Below are positions 10,323 through 20,591 of a DNA stretch of 64,000 bases, piece by piece. This stretch comes from Clostridia bacterium (GTDB lineage Bacteria > Bacillota > Clostridia > Oscillospirales > CAG-272). The notes under the pieces are model-generated. The model saw only the letters and a list, made by a program, of their open reading frames with translations, was not told the origin of the DNA and searched no databases. The first letter of the stretch is position 1. Each line of letters starts with the position of its first letter. The stretch spans positions 32,772 through 96,771 of the forward strand of contig JAFVUF010000017.1 in NCBI GenBank assembly GCA_017502875.1. Reading direction: 5' to 3'. Made by a program: the position numbers and the translations under genes.

Positions 10323-11552
10323 ATGGCTGATAAGAAAATTAAGAAGGTTGTTCTCGCTTATTCGGGCGGACTTGATACGTCTATCATTATCCCGTGGCTT
10401 AAAGAGAATTACGATAACTGTGAGGTAATCGCTGTTTCAGGAGACGTCGGACAGGGAACAGAGCTTGACGGACTTGAGGAGAAGGCTATAAAAACCGGTG
10501 CCTCTAAGCTTTACGTCATGGATCTTAAAAAGGATTACGTTGAGAATTACATATATCCCTGCTTAAAAGCCGGCGCGGATTACGAGACCTATCTTCTCGG
10601 AACCTCGCACGCCCGTCCCTGTATTGCGAAGGGACTTGTTGATATAGCAATAAAAGAGGGCGCGGACGCTATCTGCCACGGTTGTACCGGTAAGGGCAAC
10701 GACCAGGTTCGTTTCGAGCTTACTATTAAGGCATTTGCTCCAGATATGAAGATAATTGCTCCTTGGAGAGAGTGGGATATCAAGTCTCGCGATGAGGAGA
10801 TTGACTATGCTGAGGCGCATAATATTCCTCTGAAGATTAACCGTGAGACCAACTATTCTAAGGACAAGAACATCTGGCACCTTTCACATGAGGGACTTGA
10901 CCTTGAGGATCCCGCAAACGAGCCTCAGTATTCTAAGCCCGGCTTCCTTGAAATGAGTGTTGCTCCCGAGCAGGCGCCAAATGAGCCTACATACGTTACC
11001 ATCAGCTTTGAGAAGGGTATTCCTTATGCTATCGACGGAGAGAAGATGGACGCTGTCGCGCTTGTTGAGAAGCTCAATGCCATTGGCGGCGCAAACGGTA
11101 TCGGTCTGCTTGACCTTGTTGAAAACCGTCTTGTCGGTATGAAGAGCAGAGGCGTTTACGAGACTCCCGGCGGAGCTATTCTTTATAAGGCTCACGAGGT
11201 TCTGGAAACTATAACTCTTGACCGCGATACCTCTCACTACAAGAAGCTCGTTGCTCAGAAGTACGGAGAGCTTGTATACTTCGGTCAGTGGTTCACCCCT
11301 CTGCGTGTAGCTCTTGACGCATTCGTTGATTCGACTCAGCAGAGAGTAACCGGAGACGTTAAGCTCAAGCTTTACAAGGGCAATATGATAAACGCGGGCG
11401 TTACCTCTCCGTATTCGCTTTACGATGACGAGGTCGCTTCCTTCGGTGATGACGGCGGTGTTTACAATCAGGCTGATTCCGCTGGATTTATTAATCTTTT
11501 CGGGCTCCCGATAAGCGTTCAGGCAAAGCTTAATAAAAAGCTGGAAAAGTAA
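10323..11552 (+). CDS. argG: Argininosuccinate synthase
   Basis: Start chosen at [20 protein letters not shown] (GAGGAG SD upstream). AYSGGLDTS is the N-type ATP pyrophosphatase motif. Length and sequence are typical of ArgG. Confidence 0.95.
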   Translation: MADKKIKKVVLAYSGGLDTSIIIPWLKENYDNCEVIAVSGDVGQGTELDGLEEKAIKTGASKLYVMDLKKDYVENYIYPCLKAGADYETYLLGTSHARPCIAKGLVDIAIKEGADAICHGCTGKGNDQVRFELTIKAFAPDMKIIAPWREWDIKSRDEEIDYAEAHNIPLKINRETNYSKDKNIWHLSHEGLDLEDPANEPQYSKPGFLEMSVAPEQAPNEPTYVTISFEKGIPYAIDGEKMDAVALVEKLNAIGGANGIGLLDLVENRLVGMKSRGVYETPGGAILYKAHEVLETITLDRDTSHYKKLVAQKYGELVYFGQWFTPLRVALDAFVDSTQQRVTGDVKLKLYKGNMINAGVTSPYSLYDDEVASFGDDGGVYNQADSAGFINLFGLPISVQAKLNKKLEK

Positions 11553-11612
11553 TTTATTGTCTACCCGTCGTTTGTGATGCAATCGACGGGCAGATGTACG
11601 AAAGGGCAAAAT

Positions 11613-12827
11613 ATGAAGTATATTAACGGCGGTGTGTGCGCGGCGCAGGGCTTTAAGGCTGCGGGCATTCATTGCGGAATTCGTAAGAACAGGACTAAAA
11701 AGGACCTTGCGCTCATTATCAGCGAGAAGAAGTGCGCCGCGGCAAGCGTTTACACTACCAATCTCGTAAAGGGAGCGCCTATTACCGTTACTAAAAATAA
11801 CATTTGCGACGGATATGCTCAGGCGATTGTCTGCAACAGCGGCAACGCAAATACCTGTAACGCAAACGGTATTGAGATTGCTACCGATATGTGCAAGCTT
11901 GTAGAGAAATACACAGGTATAAAGGAGACGGACGTTATCTGCGCTTCTACCGGTGTTATAGGTCAGGTTCTTGACATCACGCCTATCGCTACTCATATGG
12001 AGGAGCTTGTTTCCCTACTTAGCGATAACGGAAGTGTTGAAGCCGCTAACGCTATTATGACTACCGATACCAAGCTTAAAGAGGTTGCGGTAGAATTCGA
12101 GGTTGGCGGTAAGATTTGCAAGATGGGCGGTATTGCAAAGGGCTCCGGAATGATACATCCCAATATGGCTACAATGCTCGTATTCATTACTACCGACTGT
12201 TGCATTTCTCCCGAAATGCTTAACAAGGCTATTAAGGCAGACGTAAAGGATACCTTTAACATGATATCCGTTGACGGAGATACGTCAACAAACGATATGC
12301 TTTCCGTTATCGCAAACGGCATGGCTGGAAACGCTGAGATTACCGTTGACAGCGCTGATTATCAGGCTTTTACTGAAGCGCTTCACGCGGTTACCACTCA
12401 GCTTTGCAGAGCTATCGCAAAGGACGGAGAGGGAGCTACTAAGCTTCTTGAATGTGAGGTTGTTGGCGCAAAGGATGCGGAGAACGCAAGAGCTATCGCT
12501 AAGAGCATTATCTGCTCGTCGCTTGTTAAGGCGGCTATGTTTGGCTCTGACGCTAACTGGGGAAGAGTACTTTGTGCTATCGGTTACAGCGGCGCTGATG
12601 TTGACGTAAATAGGGTAGGTGTGTCCTTTGAAAGTGAAAAGGGCAGTATTCCTGTTTGCGTAAACGGGGCAGGTATCGATTTTTCTGAGGAGAAGGCAAA
12701 GGAAATCCTTCTTTGCAGCGATATTAAGATAAAGGTAGCTTTGGGGGACGGCAGCGCTATCGCTACCGCCTATGGCTGCGACCTTACTTACGATTACGTA
12801 AAGATAAACGGTGATTACCGCACATAA
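11613..12827 (+). CDS. argJ: Bifunctional glutamate N-acetyltransferase / amino-acid acetyltransferase
   Basis: MKYINGGVCAAQGFKAAGIHCGIRK N-terminus and the autoproteolysis site HPNMATML. The 13 upstream codons of the track ORF are rejected. Confidence 0.93.
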   Translation: MKYINGGVCAAQGFKAAGIHCGIRKNRTKKDLALIISEKKCAAASVYTTNLVKGAPITVTKNNICDGYAQAIVCNSGNANTCNANGIEIATDMCKLVEKYTGIKETDVICASTGVIGQVLDITPIATHMEELVSLLSDNGSVEAANAIMTTDTKLKEVAVEFEVGGKICKMGGIAKGSGMIHPNMATMLVFITTDCCISPEMLNKAIKADVKDTFNMISVDGDTSTNDMLSVIANGMAGNAEITVDSADYQAFTEALHAVTTQLCRAIAKDGEGATKLLECEVVGAKDAENARAIAKSIICSSLVKAAMFGSDANWGRVLCAIGYSGADVDVNRVGVSFESEKGSIPVCVNGAGIDFSEEKAKEILLCSDIKIKVALGDGSAIATAYGCDLTYDYVKINGDYRT

Positions 12828-12911
12828 GAAGTTAAGCCTTGGTGTTATTTTAACGTCAAGGCTGCCTCTATGAATAAGGGACGATAACTAATTGTTTTTT
12901 AGGAGCAAAAA

Positions 12912-13556
12912 ATGGCGAAATGCAGAATAATTTTTGTCCGACACGGACAAAGCGAGGGTAATCTTGTAAGGTCGTTTCTTGGGCATACGGACCTTCCGCT
13001 TACTGAGCTTGGACATAAACAGGCTGAGGCTACCGCAAAATATCTGGACGGCACAGACATTGACATAATGTACGCAAGCGACTTAAAGAGAGCCTGGCAG
13101 ACCGCTGAGCATATTGCCGAGCGAAAGGAGCTTAGCATAATAGCTAATCCTATGCTAAGAGAAATATATGCGGGCGAATGGGAAAACGAGATGTTTGAGG
13201 AGCTTCCGAAGAAATTCGAAAAGGATTTTTCCGTGTGGCTAACTGATATAGGAAACGCTCGCTGTACGGGCGGTGAGAGCTTTGTTGAACTGTACAACCG
13301 AATAATTCCTGAGGTTATCAGGATATCCGAGATAAACGACGGGCTTACGGTTTGTATAGCAACGCACGCTACACCTATCAGGTGTGTAAGATTAAAGGCT
13401 CACGGCTATGGCTTTGATAAGGCGAAGGACATTGGTTGGACGTGTAACGCGTCGGTAACGGTCGTTGATGTTGAGGACGGAAAGTTCACGCTGGTAAACG
13501 AGCATCAGTATGAGCATCTCGGAGAGCTTGCGACAGGGCTTCCAAGAAGCGTTTGA
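12912..13556 (+). CDS. Histidine phosphatase family protein (phosphoglycerate mutase-like)
   Basis: RHGQSEGN catalytic motif at the N-terminus and a second His in IATHATPIR. 214 aa. Confidence 0.85.
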   Translation: MAKCRIIFVRHGQSEGNLVRSFLGHTDLPLTELGHKQAEATAKYLDGTDIDIMYASDLKRAWQTAEHIAERKELSIIANPMLREIYAGEWENEMFEELPKKFEKDFSVWLTDIGNARCTGGESFVELYNRIIPEVIRISEINDGLTVCIATHATPIRCVRLKAHGYGFDKAKDIGWTCNASVTVVDVEDGKFTLVNEHQYEHLGELATGLPRSV

Positions 13557-13623
13557 AAAAGTTAATTTTATACGGAAGCATATCGGTTTCCGTTATTGTG
13601 ATAAAAGAAAGGAATGACAAAAT

Positions 13624-14688
13624 ATGAAAAAAGGTTACATCGTTCTTGAAAACGGTCAGGTCTTTGAGGGACAGCGCTTCGGCTATGACGGTAACGCCAT
13701 AGGAGAGCTGGTTTTCAATACCTCTGCCGTTGGTTATATAGAAACCTTGACCGACGCCTGCTATCAGGGGCAGATTCTCGTACAGACCTTCCCGCTTATA
13801 GGCAACTACGGCTGGATAGATTCCGACACAAACGGAAAGGATATAAAGCTTAGCGCTTATATCGTACGCGAGTGGTGCGAGGCTCCGTCGAACTTCCGTT
13901 GCGAGGGAACTATTGACAGCGAGCTTAATAAAAGAAAAATTCCCGGAATTTTCGGTGTCGATACAAGACAGCTCACAAGAATTATAAGAGAAAACGGCGT
14001 TATGAACGCGATGATATGCGACGAGCCCGATAAGGTAGACCTTGAAGCGCTTAAAGCATACAGAAACGAAAACGTTCTCGAAAACGCAGGCATAGAGAAG
14101 AAGGTAACCGTATACAAGGCTGATGATGAAAAGCATAAGGTAACGGTTGTCAACTACGGAGAATATCTTGGCTTTATACCGAGTCTCGTTTCAAGAGGCT
14201 GTACAGTTACTGTCGTTCCTTACAATATGAGCGCAAAGGATATTCTTAATACCGAGCCTGACGGAATTCTTCTTTCAAGCGGCGCTGGCGACCCTAAGGA
14301 AAACGCCGAATGCATTAAGACGGTTGCGGCTTTGGTCGGTAAAAAGCCTATATTCGCAATCTCGCTCGGTCATCAGATACTTGCTCTGGCAAAGGGCGCT
14401 GATACCTACAAGCTTAAATACGGACACAGAGGCGCAAGTCAGCCTGTTAAGGATATTTCAAGCGGCAAGACTTACATCACCTCTCAGAATCACGGATACG
14501 CGGTTGACAGCGACTCTGCCTTAAAAGTAGGCGGAAGGATAACCTTTGTTAACGGCAACGATGCTACAAACGAGGGTGTTGAATATGCCGCGGACAAGGC
14601 GTTCTCGGTTCAGTTCATTCCCGAAAAGGGATTTGGTACTGAAAATACCGAGAAGGTTCTGTTTGATAAGTTCGTCGCAAGTCTTTGA
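13624..14688 (+). CDS. carA: Carbamoyl-phosphate synthase small subunit homologue with degenerate glutaminase active site
   Basis: Clear CarA-like sequence throughout. The GICLGHQ motif reads AISLGHQ (Ser247, TCG 14362-14364). The QxHPE motif reads QFIPE (Ile332, ATT 14617-14619). Confidence 0.9.
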   Translation: MKKGYIVLENGQVFEGQRFGYDGNAIGELVFNTSAVGYIETLTDACYQGQILVQTFPLIGNYGWIDSDTNGKDIKLSAYIVREWCEAPSNFRCEGTIDSELNKRKIPGIFGVDTRQLTRIIRENGVMNAMICDEPDKVDLEALKAYRNENVLENAGIEKKVTVYKADDEKHKVTVVNYGEYLGFIPSLVSRGCTVTVVPYNMSAKDILNTEPDGILLSSGAGDPKENAECIKTVAALVGKKPIFAISLGHQILALAKGADTYKLKYGHRGASQPVKDISSGKTYITSQNHGYAVDSDSALKVGGRITFVNGNDATNEGVEYAADKAFSVQFIPEKGFGTENTEKVLFDKFVASL

Positions 14689-14718
14689 GTTTGAAGGAAA
14701 GGAATTAGGTATAAAAAT

Positions 14719-17700
14719 ATGCCAATTTGTAAGGATATAAAAAAGGTTCTTGTTATCGGCTCAGGTCCTATCGTTATCGGTCAGGCTGCAGAGTTTGACT
14801 ACGCCGGAGCGCAGGCATGCCGCGTGCTTAAAGCAGAGGGCATTAATGTTGTTCTCGTTAACTCTAACCCTGCTACGATAATGACTGATAAGGCGCTTGC
14901 AGATGAAATATATCTTGAGCCTCTTACTGTTGATACCGTAAAGAGAATTATTGAAAAGGAAAAGCCCGACAGTATTCTTGCCGGTCTTGGCGGTCAGACG
15001 GGTCTGACTATCGCTATGCAGCTTGCAAAGGAGGGCTTCCTTGAAAAAACGGGCGTAAGGCTTCTTGGAACTAATGCCGAAGCGATAGATAAAGCGGAGG
15101 ATAGAGAGCTTTTCCGAGACACAATGAAAAAGATAGGTCAGCCCTGCATACCCTCTGATATAGCAACTACGCTTGAAAAGGCTGAGGAAATAGCTGAAAA
15201 GATAGGCTATCCCGTTATTATTCGACCCGCCTTTACGCTTGGCGGCGCGGGCGGCGGTGTCGCGTACAATCTTGACGACCTTCGTATTATCGCCAAGAAC
15301 GGACTTATGCTTTCTCCCATAACGCAGGTGCTTGTTGAGAAGTATATCTACGGCTGGAAGGAAATCGAGTTCGAGGTAATGCGCGACAGTGTTGGAAACG
15401 CTATCGCTATATGCTCTATGGAGAACGTTGACCCTGTTGGAGTTCATACGGGCGACTCAATAGTCGTCGCTCCCGCGGTATCGCTTTCCGCTAAGGAATA
15501 CAGCATGCTCCGCAACGCTTCGCTTGATATAATTACCGAGCTTGGTATTGAGGGCGGCTGTAACTGTCAGTTTGCGCTTGATCCTAACAGTATGGATTAC
15601 GCAGTTATCGAGGTTAACCCCCGTGTTTCCCGTTCCTCCGCACTTGCTTCAAAGGCGACGGGATATCCTATAGCCAAGGTTACCTCAAAGATTGCTCTCG
15701 GTTATACTCTTGATGAGATAAAGAATGACGTTACGGGAACTACCTACGCCTGCTTTGAGCCTGCGATAGACTACATCGTTGTAAAATTCCCGAAGTGGCC
15801 CTTTGACAAGTTCGTTCACGCCAGCAGAACGCTTGGAACGGCTATGAAGGCGACGGGCGAGGTTATGTCCATTGCGCCTACGTTTGAGATGGCGATAATG
15901 AAGGCGGTAAGAGGCGCGGAGATATCACTTGATACTCTTAACAATCCCGCTATACAGGCAACAGAAAATATCGTTGATAAGCTCGGTAACCGTGATGACA
16001 GACGTCTCTTTACAGTTTTTGAGGCTTTAAAGAGAGGTATTACTGTTGACGAGATAAACAGAATAACGAAAATTGATAAATGGTTTATTAATAAGCTTAA
16101 AAATCTTGCGGAATTTGAGGACGATATCGCGGGAGTTAAGCTTACCGATGAAAACTATATTAAGGGTAAAAAATTCGGTTATACCGATAAGGCACTTGAA
16201 AGAATAAGCGGATATCCGCTTCCCGCAAGTAAGGACGCCGCATTTAAGATGGTTGATACCTGCGCTGCGGAGTTTAAGGCGGTAACCCCTTACTTCTACT
16301 CGACATATGATGATGAGTGCGAGGCAAGAGAGCTTGTGGGCACTGAGTGTAATAAGGAAAGAATTATCGTTCTCGGCTCAGGTCCTATCCGTATAGGTCA
16401 GGGTATTGAGTTCGACTATTCGTCAGTACACTGTGTTTGGGCGCTCAAAAAGCTCGGTTATGAGGTCGTTATTATAAACAACAACCCCGAGACCGTTTCT
16501 ACCGACTTCGATACTGCCGACAGACTGTACTTCGAGCCGCTTACTCCCGAGGACGTTATGAACGTTATCAAGGTAGAGAAGCCTGTTGGAGTAGTTGTCG
16601 CGTTTGGCGGTCAGACGGCTATTAAGCTTACTAAGTTCCTTGATGAAAACGGAATACAGATTCTCGGCACGTCAGCGGACGGAATTGACGTAGCTGAGGA
16701 CAGAGAACGCTTTGACGCGCTTCTTGAATCCTTTAATATAAGACGTCCCAAGGGACTCTCGGTTATGACCGAGGCAGAGGCTCTTGAAGCGGCTGCTACG
16801 CTTGGATATCCCGTTCTTCTTCGTCCTTCCTACGTTATCGGCGGTCAGAATATGACAATCGCTCATACCGAGGAGGACGTAAAGAGATACATGAAGATAA
16901 TTCTCGCCCAGGGTATTGAAAACGCGGTTCTTGTTGACCAGTACCTTATGGGAACTGAGCTTGAGGTTGACGTTATATCTGACGGTGAGGACGTTCTTAT
17001 TCCCGGTATTATGGAGCATATTGAGCGCGCCGGTATTCACTCAGGAGACTCTATCGCGGTATATCCGCCCTATAACCTGAGCGACAAAATGCGTAAAACG
17101 GTTATTGACTGCTCAACCAAGCTCGCTCTTTCTCTTAAAACCAAGGGACTTGTTAATATTCAGTACCTTATTTACAGAAACGAGCTTTATGTTATAGAGG
17201 TTAACCCAAGAGCTTCAAGAACTGTTCCCTATATCAGTAAGGTAACAAACGTTCCGATGGTTGATCTTGCGTCAAAGATTATGGTCGGAGCAAAGCTAAA
17301 GGATTTTGATTATGGCACAGGTCTTTATAAGACTCCGCCTTACTATGCCGTAAAGGTTCCCGTGTTCTCCTTTGAGAAGCTTAATGACGTTAACTCGGCG
17401 CTCGGCCCTGAGATGAAATCAACGGGTGAGGTTCTCGGTATAGGTAAAACTCTTAACGAGGCTATATTCAAGGGAATGATTTCGGCGGGCTTTAAGCTTT
17501 ACGATCATACCGACAATGCGGCTAAGGGTGTATTTATCACCGTTTCCGATCAGGATCAGCTTGAAATTGTTAAGCTCGCTAAGAAGCTTGACGAGCTTGG
17601 CTTCCACATTTACGCTACAAGAGGAACGGGCAGAGAAATTGCATCTCTCGGTATAGACGTAACGATAGTAAGAAACCTCAGCAAGTCAAATGAGATAATG

Positions 17701-18762
17701 GAGCTTCTTGAAAGCGAAAAGCTTAACTATATCGTTTACACGGGTATCGGTCAGAAGAAGTCTATTGAGGACTTTATAAGACTCCACCGTCGCGCAACAC
17801 AGCTTGGTGTCGCTTGCCTCACGTCTCTTGATACGGCAAACGCACTTGCTGACATTATTGCGTCCAGATATACTGAGCAGAATACAGAGCTTGTCGATAT
17901 CAACTCGATGAGAACTGAAAAAATGCCGCTTAAATTCCTTAAAATGCAGAGCTGCGGCAACGACTATATTTTAGTCGATAACCGCGACGGCGCTATAACC
18001 TGTCCCGAATCTCTTACTCTTATGTATACAGACCGTCATTACGGCGTTGGCGCGGACGGACTCGTGCTTATTGAAAATTCCGAAACAGCAGACGCAAAGA
18101 TGAGAATGTTCAATATTGACGGTACAGAGGGAATGATGGCAGGTAACTGTATCCGCTGCGTAGCTAAGTATCTCTACGATAACGATATCGTAAAGAAGGA
18201 AGAGATGAGGATAGAAACCGCCAGCGGCGTTAAAGACGTAACAGTATACCTATCAAATGACCTCGTAACGTCTGCCTCTGTTTATATGGGTAAGGCTGAC
18301 TTTAATCCTAAGAGAGTTCCTGTTAAGCTCAAGGGAGAGAAGATACTTGATTATCCCGTTACAGTAGGCGATAAGGAGTATAACATCAGCTGTGTTTCTC
18401 TCGGAAATCCTCACTGCGTTGTATTCTGCGACAAGGTTGATGCGGTTGACGTTGAGACGGTAGGACCTCAGTTTGAGTGCAACAAGCTGTTCCCTGAGAG
18501 GATAAACACTGAGTTTGTCCGTGTGGTAAACAGAGGAATGCTCAAGATGAGAGTATGGGAGAGAGGAAACGGCGAAACTCTTGCCTGCGGAACAGGCGCA
18601 TGCGCTGCGGTTGCCGTAGCGTGCGAGCTTGGTCTTTGCGACAAGGGAACGGATATTACCGTTAAGGTAAAGGGCGGAGACCTTATAGTTAACTATTCTG
18701 ACGACGGAGTAGTTCTCACAGGTAACGCAAAGCTTGTTTACAGAGGCGAGCTTAAATACTAA
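14719..18762 (+). CDS. carB: Carbamoyl-phosphate synthase large subunit fused in frame to diaminopimelate epimerase
   Basis: 1347-aa uninterrupted ORF. Residues 1-1068 are CarB (two ATP-grasp halves and an MGS-like end ...LTSLDTANALADII). From ATG 17923 it reads MPLKFLKMQSCGNDYILVD...SLGNPHCVVF...LACGTGACAA, a full-length DapF with both catalytic Cys motifs. Confidence 0.9.
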   Translation: MPICKDIKKVLVIGSGPIVIGQAAEFDYAGAQACRVLKAEGINVVLVNSNPATIMTDKALADEIYLEPLTVDTVKRIIEKEKPDSILAGLGGQTGLTIAMQLAKEGFLEKTGVRLLGTNAEAIDKAEDRELFRDTMKKIGQPCIPSDIATTLEKAEEIAEKIGYPVIIRPAFTLGGAGGGVAYNLDDLRIIAKNGLMLSPITQVLVEKYIYGWKEIEFEVMRDSVGNAIAICSMENVDPVGVHTGDSIVVAPAVSLSAKEYSMLRNASLDIITELGIEGGCNCQFALDPNSMDYAVIEVNPRVSRSSALASKATGYPIAKVTSKIALGYTLDEIKNDVTGTTYACFEPAIDYIVVKFPKWPFDKFVHASRTLGTAMKATGEVMSIAPTFEMAIMKAVRGAEISLDTLNNPAIQATENIVDKLGNRDDRRLFTVFEALKRGITVDEINRITKIDKWFINKLKNLAEFEDDIAGVKLTDENYIKGKKFGYTDKALERISGYPLPASKDAAFKMVDTCAAEFKAVTPYFYSTYDDECEARELVGTECNKERIIVLGSGPIRIGQGIEFDYSSVHCVWALKKLGYEVVIINNNPETVSTDFDTADRLYFEPLTPEDVMNVIKVEKPVGVVVAFGGQTAIKLTKFLDENGIQILGTSADGIDVAEDRERFDALLESFNIRRPKGLSVMTEAEALEAAATLGYPVLLRPSYVIGGQNMTIAHTEEDVKRYMKIILAQGIENAVLVDQYLMGTELEVDVISDGEDVLIPGIMEHIERAGIHSGDSIAVYPPYNLSDKMRKTVIDCSTKLALSLKTKGLVNIQYLIYRNELYVIEVNPRASRTVPYISKVTNVPMVDLASKIMVGAKLKDFDYGTGLYKTPPYYAVKVPVFSFEKLNDVNSALGPEMKSTGEVLGIGKTLNEAIFKGMISAGFKLYDHTDNAAKGVFITVSDQDQLEIVKLAKKLDELGFHIYATRGTGREIASLGIDVTIVRNLSKSNEIMELLESEKLNYIVYTGIGQKKSIEDFIRLHRRATQLGVACLTSLDTANALADIIASRYTEQNTELVDINSMRTEKMPLKFLKMQSCGNDYILVDNRDGAITCPESLTLMYTDRHYGVGADGLVLIENSETADAKMRMFNIDGTEGMMAGNCIRCVAKYLYDNDIVKKEEMRIETASGVKDVTVYLSNDLVTSASVYMGKADFNPKRVPVKLKGEKILDYPVTVGDKEYNISCVSLGNPHCVVFCDKVDAVDVETVGPQFECNKLFPERINTEFVRVVNRGMLKMRVWERGNGETLACGTGACAAVAVACELGLCDKGTDITVKVKGGDLIVNYSDDGVVLTGNAKLVYRGELKY

Positions 18763-18777
18763 TTTAAAAAATATTTT

Positions 18778-19146
18778 GAGTGGACGGCGCAATTGCGTAA
18801 TATGTTGCCGAAAGGTATTATTGCGAGGAAAGTCCGGGCTTCATAGGGCAGGATAACTGATAACGTCAGCCGAGGGTGACCTCCGGGAAAGTGCAACAGA
18901 AATAAACCGCCGAGTTTTACTCGGTAAGGATGGAAAGGCGAGGTAAGAGCTCACCGGCAGCTTGGTAACAAGCTTGCAAATGTAAACCCTATCCGAAGCA
19001 ACACCGTAATGTGAAAGGAGCATAAGCTCACGTTTGCCCGACGGAATTTCATAGGTGGCGAGGAGCTTTATGGCGACATAAAGCCAAGATAGATAATTGC
19101 GGTCGGTTTTTAAAGCCGTCACAGAACCCGGCTTACAAGTCCACTC
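18778..19146 (+). ncRNA. rnpB: RNase P RNA, bacterial type A
   Basis: P1 pairing GAGTGGAC...GTCCACTC. Universal motifs GAGGAAAGTCCGGGCT, AGTGCAACAGA, GGTAAGAGCTCACC and ACAGAACCCGGCTTA are colinear with the E. coli M1 RNA layout. Confidence 0.93.
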
Positions 19147-19157
19147 AAAACCATTTT

Positions 19158-19195
19158 GACCGCAAAAAGAGCTTTCTTTTTGCGGTCTTGCTTTT
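19158..19195 (+). terminator. Rho-independent terminator after rnpB
   Basis: GACCGCAAAAAG-N6-CTTTTTGCGGTC followed by TTGCTTTT. Confidence 0.75.
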
Positions 19196-19213
19196 ATGAA
19201 GGGAGATACGTAA

Positions 19214-20560
19214 TTGAATAACGCTTGCTTTAATGATTTAAAAGGCGCGAGATGCAGAGTTTTCGGTCTTGGTAAATCAAACGAGGCGCTTATTTCGTAC
19301 CTTGATAAAAAAGGCGCGGAGATATACGTTTCGGATAAAAGGAAGTCGGAAAATGAGATTACGGACGTTCTTCAAAATAAAGGAATAAAAAAAGCAAGAG
19401 TATTGCCGTATTTAGATACTGTAAATACAGATTTTGTCTTTCGTACCCCATCGCTTCGCCCTGATGCTCCCGAAATTTTAAGCTCGACATCAAGCGGAGC
19501 GTTTCTTACAAGCGAGGTTGAGCTGTTTTTTGAGGTCGCAAAGGGTAAAATATATGGAATAACGGGAAGCGACGGCAAAACAACCACTACAACCCTTACT
19601 TATGAAATATTAAAAAGACAGTTCGGTAAAGATAATACCTTCGTTGGAGGTAATATAGGAATACCGCTGATTTCATTTGCGGATAAGCTTAATGATGAAA
19701 GTATTACGGTTTGTGAGCTATCAAGCTTTCAGCTTATGACCGTGAAGCGCTCGCCCAACTTCTCAGCAATCACTAATATCTCCGAAAATCATCTAGACTA
19801 TCATCTTGATATGGCTGAATATATCGGAGCTAAATGCAGGATTGCGGAATATGGGTGTGAAAGGCTCGTCGCTTATGATAAAGCCTTTAATTACGTAAAA
19901 AGCTACGCAAAACGACTTCCGAAAGATGTTGTATTTACGTCGTTTGAGCCGCTTAATCGTGGAGTTAATGCTTATAACGGGTATATTTGTAAAAACGGAG
20001 AAAAAATCCTCCCGATAGGCGAAATCAAGGTCCCCGGTAAATATAACATCGCTAATTTCATGACCGCGCTTGGTTTAACAGACGCGCCAAGCGAAGTAAT
20101 AGGCGCAGTCGCAAGGGTATTTAAGGGAGTAGAGCATAGAAACGAGCTTGTTTGCCAAAAGCGAGGAATAAGCTTTTATAACGCCTCTATTGATTCGACT
20201 CCGTCAAGAACGCTAGCGACTCTTTCCTGCCACGCAAACGAGGATATTACTCTTATTTTAGGCGGCTACGACAAGAATCTTGATTATTCAGAGCTTGCAA
20301 AGCGCTTAAATAATGCTGTTAAAAGAGTTGTCATAGTTGGAGAAAACAAGAATAAAATCAAAAGCGCAATAGATAGCTGCGCAGGTAAGGACATAAAGGT
20401 CTATATGTGCGAGGACTTTAAGGAGGCGGTTATGATCGCCTGTGATGTTTCAAGACAAGGCTCGACGGTTCTTTTGTCTCCCGCAAGCGCAAGCTTTGAT
20501 ATGTTTAAGGGTTTTGAATATAGAGGAAATGAGTTCAAAAATATCATTAATCAACTATAA
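19214..20560 (+). CDS. murD: UDP-N-acetylmuramoylalanine--D-glutamate ligase
   Basis: 448 aa with a TTG start and GGGAG SD. Mur ligase P-loop GITGSDGKTTTT and typical MurD C-terminal region. Confidence 0.92.
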   Translation: MNNACFNDLKGARCRVFGLGKSNEALISYLDKKGAEIYVSDKRKSENEITDVLQNKGIKKARVLPYLDTVNTDFVFRTPSLRPDAPEILSSTSSGAFLTSEVELFFEVAKGKIYGITGSDGKTTTTTLTYEILKRQFGKDNTFVGGNIGIPLISFADKLNDESITVCELSSFQLMTVKRSPNFSAITNISENHLDYHLDMAEYIGAKCRIAEYGCERLVAYDKAFNYVKSYAKRLPKDVVFTSFEPLNRGVNAYNGYICKNGEKILPIGEIKVPGKYNIANFMTALGLTDAPSEVIGAVARVFKGVEHRNELVCQKRGISFYNASIDSTPSRTLATLSCHANEDITLILGGYDKNLDYSELAKRLNNAVKRVVIVGENKNKIKSAIDSCAGKDIKVYMCEDFKEAVMIACDVSRQGSTVLLSPASASFDMFKGFEYRGNEFKNIINQL

Positions 20561-20591
20561 TTATCATTAAAGTATTAAAAGGATCTTTGTT

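Noticed and set aside
10884-11996. 370-aa minus-strand ORF
   Set aside because: It is fully antisense to argG and argJ, which carry unambiguous motifs. The sequence is low-complexity and has no RBS.
13486-15447. Minus-strand ORFs 13486-14136, 13857-14153 and 14761-15447
   Set aside because: They are antisense shadows of carA and carB.
18253-19122. Minus-strand ORFs 18253-18792 and 18841-19122
   Set aside because: The first is antisense to the DapF part of carB. The second lies inside the RNase P RNA gene.
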